Shown here piece after piece: positions 41,962-50,226 of a stretch of DNA of 64,000 bases; the stretch's first letter is position 1; every line of letters begins with the position of its first letter. The DNA lies in NCBI GenBank assembly GCA_028712565.1, contig JAQTPW010000004.1, forward strand, positions 838-64,837. Direction: 5' to 3'. A program made the translations under genes and the position numbers. Below the pieces are notes generated by a model that worked only from the letters and a program-made list of their open reading frames with translations, did no database searches and was not told the origin of the DNA. The stretch is from Minisyncoccota bacterium. Its GTDB lineage: Bacteria; Patescibacteriota; Minisyncoccia; Minisyncoccales; JAQTPW01.

Positions 41962-42699
41962 ATGGTAGAAGGCGCTATAAAAAATCACAAATTGGCGGCG
42001 GAGAGGCTGGATTTGGTTAAGGATAGAGCTTTTAGTTTTATAAAGAATAATCTTGGGAAAGTTTCAGAATACGACGTAAACAAATTTATTTTTTCGGAGT
42101 TTAAAAAATCTGGGTTCACTCCTGACAGAAATTATCCAGCTGTGATTGTTGCGGTAAACGAAAATGCCCAAAATCCTCATTATTTTCCGAACAAAAAAGG
42201 ATCTAAGATTATAAAAAAGAATGATTTAATTTTATTGGATATTTGGGCAAATCTTAAGGGAGAAGATTCTCATTTTGCCGACATTACTTGGATGGCTTAT
42301 GCGGGAAGAGAAATCCCCGGTGAAATTAAAGCAACTTTTGAAAGGGTTATTGGAGCTAGGGATTTTACGGTAAAATTCATCAAAAAAATATTAGGAAGGA
42401 AACAATTGCCAAATACGCAGATAGTGGATAGGGCGGTAAGAAAGTATTTTGGGAAAATGGGAAAATATTTTATTCACGGCACCGGACACAGTTTGGGCAT
42501 TAAAGAATGCCACGGTAAATATTTCCGCTTTGACAAGAGAAGTAATGCCAAAATGAAAATTGGAATTCCGTTTACAATTGAGCCGGGCCTTTATTTTCCC
42601 GGCAAATTTGGTATAAGAAGTGAAATAAACTGCTATATTACTAAAAATTATAAATTAGAAATAACCACAAAAGTTCAAAAACAAATAATAAAAATTTAG
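41962..42699 (+). CDS. M24-family metallopeptidase catalytic domain (Xaa-Pro peptidase/creatinase fold)
   Basis: LLDIWA...ADITWMAY, HGTGHSLG, FTIEPGLYF metal-ligand blocks. The N-terminal domain is missing (245 aa). Confidence 0.7.
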   Translation: MVEGAIKNHKLAAERLDLVKDRAFSFIKNNLGKVSEYDVNKFIFSEFKKSGFTPDRNYPAVIVAVNENAQNPHYFPNKKGSKIIKKNDLILLDIWANLKGEDSHFADITWMAYAGREIPGEIKATFERVIGARDFTVKFIKKILGRKQLPNTQIVDRAVRKYFGKMGKYFIHGTGHSLGIKECHGKYFRFDKRSNAKMKIGIPFTIEPGLYFPGKFGIRSEINCYITKNYKLEITTKVQKQIIKI

Positions 42700-42735
42700 C
42701 ACTTCGGTGCGTTCAGTATTTTCGGCCCGAAATTT

Positions 42736-43059
42736 ATGAAAGAATTAACGTTAAGAGAAATTCAAAAAAGGATTTGGGATAACAAAGTAAAAAAAGGTTT
42801 TAATACTACTGATGTCAGTAAAGAATTTTTATATTTGGCCGAGGAATTGGGCGAGGCGGTCAAGGCATATCGCAAAAACAGCAAAGACGAACTGGCTGAA
42901 GAAATCGTTGATTTGATAATTTATTCATTGGGGCTGCTTGAGATGACAAAAAAAGACGGATATGAAGAGATAATGAAGAAGATTGAAAAGAATGAAAAAA
43001 GAGAATATCACGGCAAAAAAGGCGGCTTCAGACAGTTGAGAGACGACCAAAAATCTTAA
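42736..43059 (+). CDS. MazG-like nucleotide pyrophosphohydrolase (all-alpha NTP-PPase)
   Basis: LTLREIQKRIWDNKVKKGF...FLYLAEELGEAVKAYRK...LAEEIVDLIIYSLGLLEM (EExxE/D motifs). Confidence 0.7.
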   Translation: MKELTLREIQKRIWDNKVKKGFNTTDVSKEFLYLAEELGEAVKAYRKNSKDELAEEIVDLIIYSLGLLEMTKKDGYEEIMKKIEKNEKREYHGKKGGFRQLRDDQKS

Positions 43060-43102
43060 ATAAAAAAATTACCATCAAAACGATTTTTTGGGCAGATGAG
43101 AT

Positions 43103-43507
43103 ATGAATAAAAAACTTCAAGAAATAATCGAAAACAGCAGTTTTACGATAGAGGAAGGAAAATTTATATATGCGAAAGTAAAAAGAGCACCTCATATGGA
43201 TTGTCATTTTACGGTTGCTAAGGATTCAGATGAGATAACCGTTATTACCAAAAAAGAGAATTTAAACAAATTAGATTTGATTGAAAAAAATAAAGATTTT
43301 TACAGACTAATTGCGCTTAATGTTTCGGTGCCGTTTTATTCCGTAGGGTTTTTATCTGCAGTCAGCGACGCTGTTGCCAAAGAAGGGATGAATATCTTGA
43401 TAGTTTCTACCTACTCCAAAGATTATATTATGGTAAAAGATGACTGCTTAGAGAAAGTTCGACTCGTATTACTATCCTTGGGCTTTAAACGCAAAAAAGA
43501 AATTTAA
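43103..43507 (+). CDS. ACT-domain small-molecule-binding protein (ACT_7-like)
   Basis: C-terminal VGFLSAVSDAVAKEGMNILIVSTYSKDYIMVK is a typical ACT beta-alpha-beta ligand-binding pattern. Confidence 0.5.
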   Translation: MNKKLQEIIENSSFTIEEGKFIYAKVKRAPHMDCHFTVAKDSDEITVITKKENLNKLDLIEKNKDFYRLIALNVSVPFYSVGFLSAVSDAVAKEGMNILIVSTYSKDYIMVKDDCLEKVRLVLLSLGFKRKKEI

Positions 43508-43574
43508 ACTTTTATTAAACAGATTTGATGTCGTTCAGCAAGCGGAGTCATTAGTTTTAGCTATTAGGTTTAAA

Positions 43575-43600
43575 CAAGCCGTTCGGGCTTGATTTTCTTT
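43575..43600 (+). terminator. rho-independent terminator
   Basis: CAAGCC-GTTCG-GGCTTG followed by ATTTTCTTTT. Confidence 0.65.
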
Positions 43601-43646
43601 TGAGATCTACTAAAATTTGCAATTAAGGAAAGGAGTTCTTTAATAG

Positions 43647-43655
43647 TGATATAAT
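43647..43655 (+). promoter_or_regulatory. extended -10 element TGATATAAT
   Basis: Perfect TGnTATAAT 19 nt upstream of the ATG at 43674, with the SD GAAGGAGAAG in between. Confidence 0.45.
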
Positions 43656-43673
43656 AATCGAAGGAGAAGTAAT

Positions 43674-44183
43674 ATGAAATATATAGCTATCAGCGGAAGC
43701 TGGCGAAAAACAAGCGAGAAATTGGAAAAAGATGTAAGAGATGCCGTAAGAGAAATTATAACCAAAGGAGATGGCATTATTGCCGGAGGTGCTTTGAATG
43801 TAGATTTTATTGCCACCGATGAGGCATTAAAATTAGATCCGACCGCTAAGAAAATAAAAATTTTTCTACCGATCACATTAAGGATTTTTGCTAAACATTA
43901 TCGTAAACGTGCCAAAGAAGGCGTAATCACAGGAGAACAAGCAGAAGCCCTTGTTGCCCAATTAAAGAGAATTCAAGAAGTTAATCCATCTTCGTTGAAT
44001 GAAAACAAGAATAATACCGTAGTAAATACGGAAACATATTATGAGAGAAATTCGGATATTGTTAATGCGGCAGATGGATTAATGGCATTTCACGTTAATA
44101 AAACCTTAGGTACGCAAGATGCTATTGATAAAGCTCGTAAAAGAGGAATTCCGGTGAAGGTTTCCACTTATACTATCGGATAA
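43674..44183 (+). CDS. standalone DprA/SMF-like (SLOG-superfamily, DUF2493-like) Rossmann protein
   Basis: YIAISGSWRK...GDGIIAGGALNVDFIATDEAL...ADGLMAFHVNKTLGTQDAIDKARKRGIPV parallels the GSR / GGAxGxD / GT motifs of the DprA and LOG-like fold. Confidence 0.45.
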   Translation: MKYIAISGSWRKTSEKLEKDVRDAVREIITKGDGIIAGGALNVDFIATDEALKLDPTAKKIKIFLPITLRIFAKHYRKRAKEGVITGEQAEALVAQLKRIQEVNPSSLNENKNNTVVNTETYYERNSDIVNAADGLMAFHVNKTLGTQDAIDKARKRGIPVKVSTYTIG

Positions 44184-44195
44184 AAAACTAATCTT

Positions 44196-44221
44196 AAGCG
44201 GCTATAAATGCCGCTTTTTTA
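44196..44221 (+). terminator. rho-independent terminator
   Basis: AAGCGGC-TATAAAT-GCCGCTT followed by TTTTTATTT. Confidence 0.75.
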
Positions 44222-44280
44222 TTTCTTCTGATTTATATTTTGTTTTTTTATAATAAATTAATTAGCAAAACAACAAAAAA

Positions 44281-44352
44281 ATCGCCCTGAGTTTATCGTC
44301 CTTCAAATTCTTCAGGACGACCCTGCGGAATTCGAACGGGTCGAAGACGATT
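44281..44352 (-). repeat. GC-rich composite palindromic element downstream of murA (TTCGAC...CTCAGGGC family)
   Basis: The minus strand reads CGTCTTCGACCCGTTCGAATTCCGCAGGGTCGTCCTGAAGAATTTGAAGGACGATAAACTCAGGGCGAT. It shares CTTCGACCC-TTCGA and CTCAGGGC with the in-frame copy at 60801-60850. Confidence 0.75.
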
Positions 44353-44362
44353 TTTTGTTAGA

Positions 44363-45622
44363 TTATATTCTTTTTATTTGAGCTCCGAGATTTTTTAGTT
44401 TTTCTTCAATTTTTTCGTGGCCTCTTTCAATTTGAGAGATGTTTTCAATTGTAGTTTCGTCTTTTGCAACCAATCCCGCTAAAATTAGTGCGGCTCCTGA
44501 CCTGATATCGGAAGCGTTTATTTTGCCGCCAACCAATTCTGTCTTCCCAAAAATCAGGGCTCTGTGAGGGTCAACAACTTCAATATCAGCTCCTAATTTT
44601 CTTAATTCATGCAAATGCTGAAAACGGTTTTCATACAAAGGATCATGAATCAAACTTTTTCCTTTTGCCTGAGTCAGCAAAACAGAGGTTTGGGGCTGCA
44701 AATCGGTGGGGAAGCCGGGGTACGGCAAAACCTGAATTTTGGTTCCCGTAAATTCATCGGATTTTTTTACAAAAATTTCGTTGCCGGATATTTCAAAATT
44801 AACTCCGATATCTTTCATTTTTTCCAAGAAAAAGGTTAAATGCTCAGGATTTACATTTTTTATTTTTCCTTCGCCTCCGGTTATTGCAAAAGCTATAAAG
44901 AAAGTCCCTGCTTCCAATAAATCCGGGCAGATGGAAAATTCCGCGCCAGATAATTTTTCTTTGCCCGTAATTTCAATTGAATTAGTCCCCAAGCCCTCAA
45001 CTTCTGATCCCATTTTTCTTAAAAAATTTCCCAAATCCTGAACTTGGGGTTCGGCTGCAGCAATTTCGATTTTAGTTATGCCTTTTGCGCGGCTCGCCAG
45101 CATCATTATAATTTCAGTTGCAGTTACCGAAAATTCTTTTAAAACAACTCTTTTCCCTTCTAATTTTTCCGGAGCTTTGAAATGGTAAAAACCGTCTTTT
45201 TCTTCGGTTTTTATCCCGAAGCTTTCCAGCGCCTGCAAATGCGTAGCTATGGGTCGTAGCCCAATTTTATCTCCGCCGGGATGCGGAATTTTAAAATTTT
45301 TAAACCTGATAACCAGCGGCCCGATTAATAAAACCGAAACCCTCATTTTTTCAAAAAGATTTATCGGGATTTTTTCAGGATTAATGTTTTTTGGATTTAT
45401 TTTTACTTTCCTTTGACTCAACCACTCAACTTCCGCCCCCATTTGTTTTATGATTTCAATTTGGTCTAAAACATCGGTTACCTGCGGCAGATTGTCAATA
45501 ATAGAGGGTTCTTCGGAAAGCAAAACAGCCGAGATGATTGCACCGGCTGAATTTTTATAACCTGAAATTTCCACCTCTCCCGAGAGAGGAGCTCCGCCTT
45601 TTATAAGAAATTTGTTCGTCAT
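44363..45622 (-). CDS. murA: UDP-N-acetylglucosamine 1-carboxyvinyltransferase
   Basis: FLIKGGAPLSGEVEISGYKNSA, GGDKIGLRPI, and the C-terminal IERGHEKIEEKLKNLGA. Confidence 0.9.
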   Translation of the reverse strand: MTNKFLIKGGAPLSGEVEISGYKNSAGAIISAVLLSEEPSIIDNLPQVTDVLDQIEIIKQMGAEVEWLSQRKVKINPKNINPEKIPINLFEKMRVSVLLIGPLVIRFKNFKIPHPGGDKIGLRPIATHLQALESFGIKTEEKDGFYHFKAPEKLEGKRVVLKEFSVTATEIIMMLASRAKGITKIEIAAAEPQVQDLGNFLRKMGSEVEGLGTNSIEITGKEKLSGAEFSICPDLLEAGTFFIAFAITGGEGKIKNVNPEHLTFFLEKMKDIGVNFEISGNEIFVKKSDEFTGTKIQVLPYPGFPTDLQPQTSVLLTQAKGKSLIHDPLYENRFQHLHELRKLGADIEVVDPHRALIFGKTELVGGKINASDIRSGAALILAGLVAKDETTIENISQIERGHEKIEEKLKNLGAQIKRI

Positions 45623-45680
45623 CCCCAGTATATTTTTCTTTGACTTAACGCTATTTTTAATCTACGATAAAAAAGAAGAT

Positions 45681-46664
45681 ATGTCAAAAAAAAGAAAAAA
45701 AATCGTTTGTTTTGGCGGAGGCGGAGGCATGCCGAAATTGATATTGGAGCCGTTAAAAGATTTAGATTTGGATTTAGTTGCGATTACTTCAATGGTTGAC
45801 AATGGCGGATCCACCGGCGCCCTAAGAAAAGAATTTAATGTTTTGCCTGCCGGGGATATCAGAAGACATTTATTGGCCTTGTCCGAAGCTGAGGAATGGA
45901 AGAAAAAACTTTGGAATTTCCGATTTGCAAAGAATATTGAAATTTCTCCGGAGCATTTCGGACATAATTTTGCAAATGTCTTTATTTCTGGGCTTGAATA
46001 CCTTCTTGGTGATTTTGAAAAAGCGCTGGAAATTACTCATGAATTTTTGAAAGTGAAAGGAAAAGCAATGCCAGTTACATTAGATAAGGTCCAAATAATA
46101 GCGGAATTAGAAGATGGAAGTTTGGTAGAGGGGGAGGACGAAATCGATCTTGGCCAAAATCACAATCGAAATTTAAAAATAAAAAGAGCGTACCTAAATC
46201 CAGGCGGGAAAACTTATAAAAAGGCAATTGAGGAAATTGAGACGGCTGATTTTATTATTATTGGTCCCGGAGATCTTTATTCAAGTTTAATCGCCTGCTT
46301 TTTGACTGAGGGCATAAAAGAAGTAATGAAAAAAACGAGTGCTAAAAAAATATTTATTTGTCCCGCGATGAATAAACTTGGGGAAACGCAAGGATACTCG
46401 GTTAAAGATTTCGCCGAAAAAATCGAGGAATATATGGGAATTTCTTTAGATTTCGTAATTTTCAATAATAATATCTCTGCCGACGAAAGGATAGAGAAAT
46501 TTAAGGAAGAAATGAAAAAAGAATTCGTACTCGACCTTCCAAAAATTAATTATGGATTAGATGAAAATAAATTCATTGGTGCGGATTTGCTTTTAGATGA
46601 GGGGGAAATAAAATACGATAAAAATAAAATTTTTAAAGTTTTAAAAAGAATTGTTAATTTTTAA
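45681..46664 (+). CDS. YvcK/CofD-family protein (UPF0052, gluconeogenesis factor-like)
   Basis: IVCFGGGGGMPK, ITSMVDNGGSTGALR, LPAGDIRRHLLAL. The ATG at 45681 is preferred because the longer ORF overlaps murA. Confidence 0.75.
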   Translation: MSKKRKKIVCFGGGGGMPKLILEPLKDLDLDLVAITSMVDNGGSTGALRKEFNVLPAGDIRRHLLALSEAEEWKKKLWNFRFAKNIEISPEHFGHNFANVFISGLEYLLGDFEKALEITHEFLKVKGKAMPVTLDKVQIIAELEDGSLVEGEDEIDLGQNHNRNLKIKRAYLNPGGKTYKKAIEEIETADFIIIGPGDLYSSLIACFLTEGIKEVMKKTSAKKIFICPAMNKLGETQGYSVKDFAEKIEEYMGISLDFVIFNNNISADERIEKFKEEMKKEFVLDLPKINYGLDENKFIGADLLLDEGEIKYDKNKIFKVLKRIVNF

Positions 46665-46669
46665 ATATT

Positions 46670-47950
46670 ATGCAAACTCAAGCTATAATTTTGGCGGCCG
46701 GAGAATCTTCGAGATTCTGGCCATTAAACAAATCGCATAAATCCCAAATTAAAATTTTAGGGAAACCTTTGGTTTATTGGACAATAAAGAGTTTGTCTCA
46801 GAGAAATATTAGGGACATTATTATAATTGCCAGCCCAAATAATATTTCTGATTTGAAAACAGAATTAAAAACAGAGACAAAAGAGCTTGGAGTAAATATT
46901 TCTTTTGTTGTGCAAGAAAAACCGTTAGGCACTGGAGATGCAATTTTCAAGGCTCGGGGTTTAATTCGCGGCCCATTTTTCGTTTTTTGGCCCTACCAGA
47001 TTATAGCTGGAGAGATTGCTTTAAATATGTTGAGTTTGGCCGGGAAAGAAAAAAACAGTTATGTTTTCACCGGGGTCGAAACAAAAACACGGGACTACGG
47101 CATTCTTAAAATGGAGCATGATAAGCTTGTTGGGATAGTGGAAAAACCAAAAAATGGGCAGGAGTTTTCTCCTTTTCGTGTGGTCGGCAGTTATTTTTTG
47201 CAGCCGGATTTCTTTGAATATTTCCAGAAGGTAAAACACCATCCAGAAGATTTCGTAGATGCATTAAATCTTTCTATTAAAGATAAGACGCCGGGATTAA
47301 TTATTTTAAAAAAAGATGTGGCTACTTTAAAATTTCCTTGGGATATTTTGGGCCTGCAAAAAATCTTGTTAGATTCTGCGGAGATGAAAAATTATGTAGA
47401 TCTTTCTGCAAAAGTTAGGCAAAATGTCACAATGGGCGGCCTGGTTTCAATCGGAGAAAATACGATTGTCGGAGAAAATACTGTAATTTTGGGCCCTTGT
47501 CATATAGGTCCTAACTGTAAAATCGGAGCCAATAATGTCTTAAGGGGCCCTTTGGATATTGAAGGTGAGGTAGTAACGGGCGCTTTTTGCGAATTAAAAA
47601 ATTCTTTGATACAAAAAGGAACTCATTTTCATTCAGGTTATTTTGGAGATTCGGTTATTGGAGAGAATTGTCGATTTGGAGCAGGATTTATAACTGCAAA
47701 TAGGAGAATTGATAGAGGGAATATTAATTCTATAGTAAAAGGTAAAAAAATAGATACGGGATTAACTTATTTTGGAATGGTTTGCGGAAATAATACCCGT
47801 TTTGGAATACATTCGGGAACTATGCCCGGAATTTTAATTGGTTCAAATTGCGCAATAGGGCCCGGTTCTATTGTTTCTGAAAATATCGAAGACGGTATAA
47901 AATATTTCACCGAATTCAAAGCAACTAAGAAAAAAATTAATGCCGAATAA
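46670..47950 (+). CDS. sugar-phosphate nucleotidyltransferase with a C-terminal left-handed beta-helix (GlmU/GCD1-like)
   Basis: AIILAAGESSRFWPL and GTGDAI N-terminal motifs; hexapeptide repeats in the C-terminal half. Confidence 0.7.
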   Translation: MQTQAIILAAGESSRFWPLNKSHKSQIKILGKPLVYWTIKSLSQRNIRDIIIIASPNNISDLKTELKTETKELGVNISFVVQEKPLGTGDAIFKARGLIRGPFFVFWPYQIIAGEIALNMLSLAGKEKNSYVFTGVETKTRDYGILKMEHDKLVGIVEKPKNGQEFSPFRVVGSYFLQPDFFEYFQKVKHHPEDFVDALNLSIKDKTPGLIILKKDVATLKFPWDILGLQKILLDSAEMKNYVDLSAKVRQNVTMGGLVSIGENTIVGENTVILGPCHIGPNCKIGANNVLRGPLDIEGEVVTGAFCELKNSLIQKGTHFHSGYFGDSVIGENCRFGAGFITANRRIDRGNINSIVKGKKIDTGLTYFGMVCGNNTRFGIHSGTMPGILIGSNCAIGPGSIVSENIEDGIKYFTEFKATKKKINAE

Positions 47951-48614
47951 TTTTAAGAAGGAAATTTTGCTTGGGATTACGGGTGAAAAAGAAGATTGGA
48001 AAGAAAAGTTATCCGATATAAACAAACTCGGAATTTCCGAAGCAGCTTTATTTTTAGAAAGATTTGACGAAACACAGAGAAAAAATATTTACCGGGAACT
48101 TTTAGATTCAACCTTAAAAGAAATTCCGCTTTGTCATATTAAAAATGATATGGAAGTGGAAGAATTGGTTTTTATGGAAAGTAAATTCAAGACAGATTAT
48201 TTTACAATTCACGAAAACAGTTTTAGTTTTTTGGAGAAATGGCCAACTTTTCATAAAAAATTATATTTGGAAATGGATGCTAATGATTATGTTTCCCAAA
48301 AAGTAGTTTTAGAAAGAATTGGCGGATTTTGCGTAGATTTATCCCATTTTAAAATGGCTCAGACTCTGTGGTCAAAAGAATTTGAGTATACCTACTTTAA
48401 AAAGGGAAAAGCGAATTTTGCCTGCAATCACATAAATGGCTATGACGAAGAAAAAAATACAGATCTTCATGTGGTAAATAGCCTTAAAGATTTTGCTTAT
48501 TTGAAAACTTTACCAAGCTTTTTATTCGGGAAAATAATAGCTATTGAAACAGATAACCCAATCTCAGATCAAATTAAGTTTAAAAATTATTTAGAAAAAT
48601 TTTTCCAGAGTTGA
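47940..48614 (+). CDS. hypothetical protein
   Basis: Overlaps the upstream stop by 11 nt, 224 aa. No motif recognised. Confidence 0.4.
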   Translation: MPNNFKKEILLGITGEKEDWKEKLSDINKLGISEAALFLERFDETQRKNIYRELLDSTLKEIPLCHIKNDMEVEELVFMESKFKTDYFTIHENSFSFLEKWPTFHKKLYLEMDANDYVSQKVVLERIGGFCVDLSHFKMAQTLWSKEFEYTYFKKGKANFACNHINGYDEEKNTDLHVVNSLKDFAYLKTLPSFLFGKIIAIETDNPISDQIKFKNYLEKFFQS

Positions 48615-48656
48615 CAAAAATAATTTTAGTATTAATATCATTGATTACAGTTCGAT

Positions 48657-48679
48657 TGGAGGCAAGGCCTCCAGTTTTT
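48657..48679 (+). terminator. rho-independent terminator
   Basis: TGGAGGC-AAG-GCCTCCA followed by GTTTTT. Confidence 0.6.
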
Positions 48680-48722
48680 AATAATAAAATATGGATTGAA
48701 AACAAATAAGGAGTAAAAACGG

Positions 48723-49868
48723 ATGAAAAAGATAGTAATGTTAAGTTTCCCCTTCTTTCTTATTTTTTTTGGTTTTGATGCAGTCCAACAATATGTTACT
48801 AATTTTTTCCAAGAGGAGGGAATAGTCCAAGCAGGTTTTATTTCATTGGCCTTGATTTATTTTTGTTTTGCAATTTCTACTTTTTTTGCAGCGCGGGCAG
48901 TTTCCAAATATGGAGCGAAAAAATGCATGATCTTTTCGGCCATATTCTACGGTCTTTTTATTTTTTCCCTTTTAGGTAAGTTTTTGGTTCTAATCTATCT
49001 GGCTTCGGCATTAATAGGGTTTTCTGCAGCTTTTCTTTGGACAGCTGCAAACAGCTATGTGATAAGGGCTAGCACTGAGAAAAATTATGGTGCAAATTCT
49101 GGCTTTTTCACGGCGGCAAAAAATTTAGGATCAGCATTGGGGACAATACTAATTGGCCTTTTCTTGATAAGACTTTCTTTTAACTCTTCTTTTTTAATTT
49201 TCGCATTCTTTCCCTTGCTTGGATCCCTATTTTTGACTTCATTGCCTGATGTGCGGGTTGAAAAAAATACAAATAATCCCGGTTTTTTTAGAAATCTATT
49301 TATCAATAAAATGTCATTACAACTTTCGATCGTACAGTTTTACTGGAGTTTTGTTTTGGGGCTGGTCATCGGGATAATACCTTTGCAGATCGGTAGTATA
49401 CTTGGCAAGCAGTATGTAGGAATATTATCATCATTATATTTTGTAATTCTTTTATCGTCCTACTCTTTTGGTAAGATATCTGATCGAAAAAAGAGAAGAA
49501 TAATGATAATACTTTCCTATATCACATGTTTATTTGGATTAGTTTTTCTCTATTTTGCTAAAAGTGCTCCAATTCTAATTTTTGGTTTTATCTTTATCGG
49601 CATAACGGAAGCGGTGATCATTCCCGTAATGAACGCGGTTATCGGAGATATCTCTAAAGAATATGCTGAATCTCTGACTGCCCTCTTCTTGCTTTTCCAG
49701 ACAATCGGTGTAATTTCAGCATTGCTTCTTTCCCAAGTATTAACTACAAATATAAGCCTAATTTATCTTATATCAATTGCCGTAGTAATTGTTTCATTTT
49801 TTATTTCTCCATTTCTCAGAAAAAATATCGAACAGCTTAAAAAAGAGGTAGTAAAAGATATAACTTAA
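48723..49868 (+). CDS. MFS transporter (about 12 TM)
   Basis: Hydrophobic 6+6 organisation, 381 aa. AAGGAG SD upstream. Confidence 0.7.
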   Translation: MKKIVMLSFPFFLIFFGFDAVQQYVTNFFQEEGIVQAGFISLALIYFCFAISTFFAARAVSKYGAKKCMIFSAIFYGLFIFSLLGKFLVLIYLASALIGFSAAFLWTAANSYVIRASTEKNYGANSGFFTAAKNLGSALGTILIGLFLIRLSFNSSFLIFAFFPLLGSLFLTSLPDVRVEKNTNNPGFFRNLFINKMSLQLSIVQFYWSFVLGLVIGIIPLQIGSILGKQYVGILSSLYFVILLSSYSFGKISDRKKRRIMIILSYITCLFGLVFLYFAKSAPILIFGFIFIGITEAVIIPVMNAVIGDISKEYAESLTALFLLFQTIGVISALLLSQVLTTNISLIYLISIAVVIVSFFISPFLRKNIEQLKKEVVKDIT

Positions 49869-49880
49869 TTGGGAGGGTTT

Positions 49881-50186
49881 ATGCTGAAAGACTTTGAGAG
49901 AGTTAAATTACCTCCAAATACTTTTAATGTCTTGGAATATTTTGCCAGAAAATATTGTCTAGAAAATCAAGAAATCAGTGGATTATGGGAGAGAATAAAG
50001 GATGGACAAGAAAACCATGGACCGATCACTCAAAAAGAAATAGCCTCTTTAATTCCTTTTGTGAGAAAGGATTACGATAGGTTAATAAATGGTAAGGCAA
50101 TTACCTTTGGATATTGCAAAATATCAGAGGTTAAATATTTATTAGAGATCTTGAATTTTTACCATCTTATGGCCGTCAGTTTTTAA
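49881..50186 (+). CDS. hypothetical protein
   Basis: GGGAGGG SD then the ATG at 49881 (the ORF-track TTG at 49869 is less likely). 101 aa, followed by a terminator. Confidence 0.4.
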   Translation: MLKDFERVKLPPNTFNVLEYFARKYCLENQEISGLWERIKDGQENHGPITQKEIASLIPFVRKDYDRLINGKAITFGYCKISEVKYLLEILNFYHLMAVSF

Positions 50187-50203
50187 CTGCCGGCCTTTTT
50201 ATT
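50171..50203 (+). terminator. rho-independent terminator
   Basis: GGCCGTCAG...CTGCCGGCC stem followed by TTTTTATTTT. It overlaps the stop codon. Confidence 0.7.
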
Positions 50204-50226
50204 TTATTTTATGATATACTAAAAAA

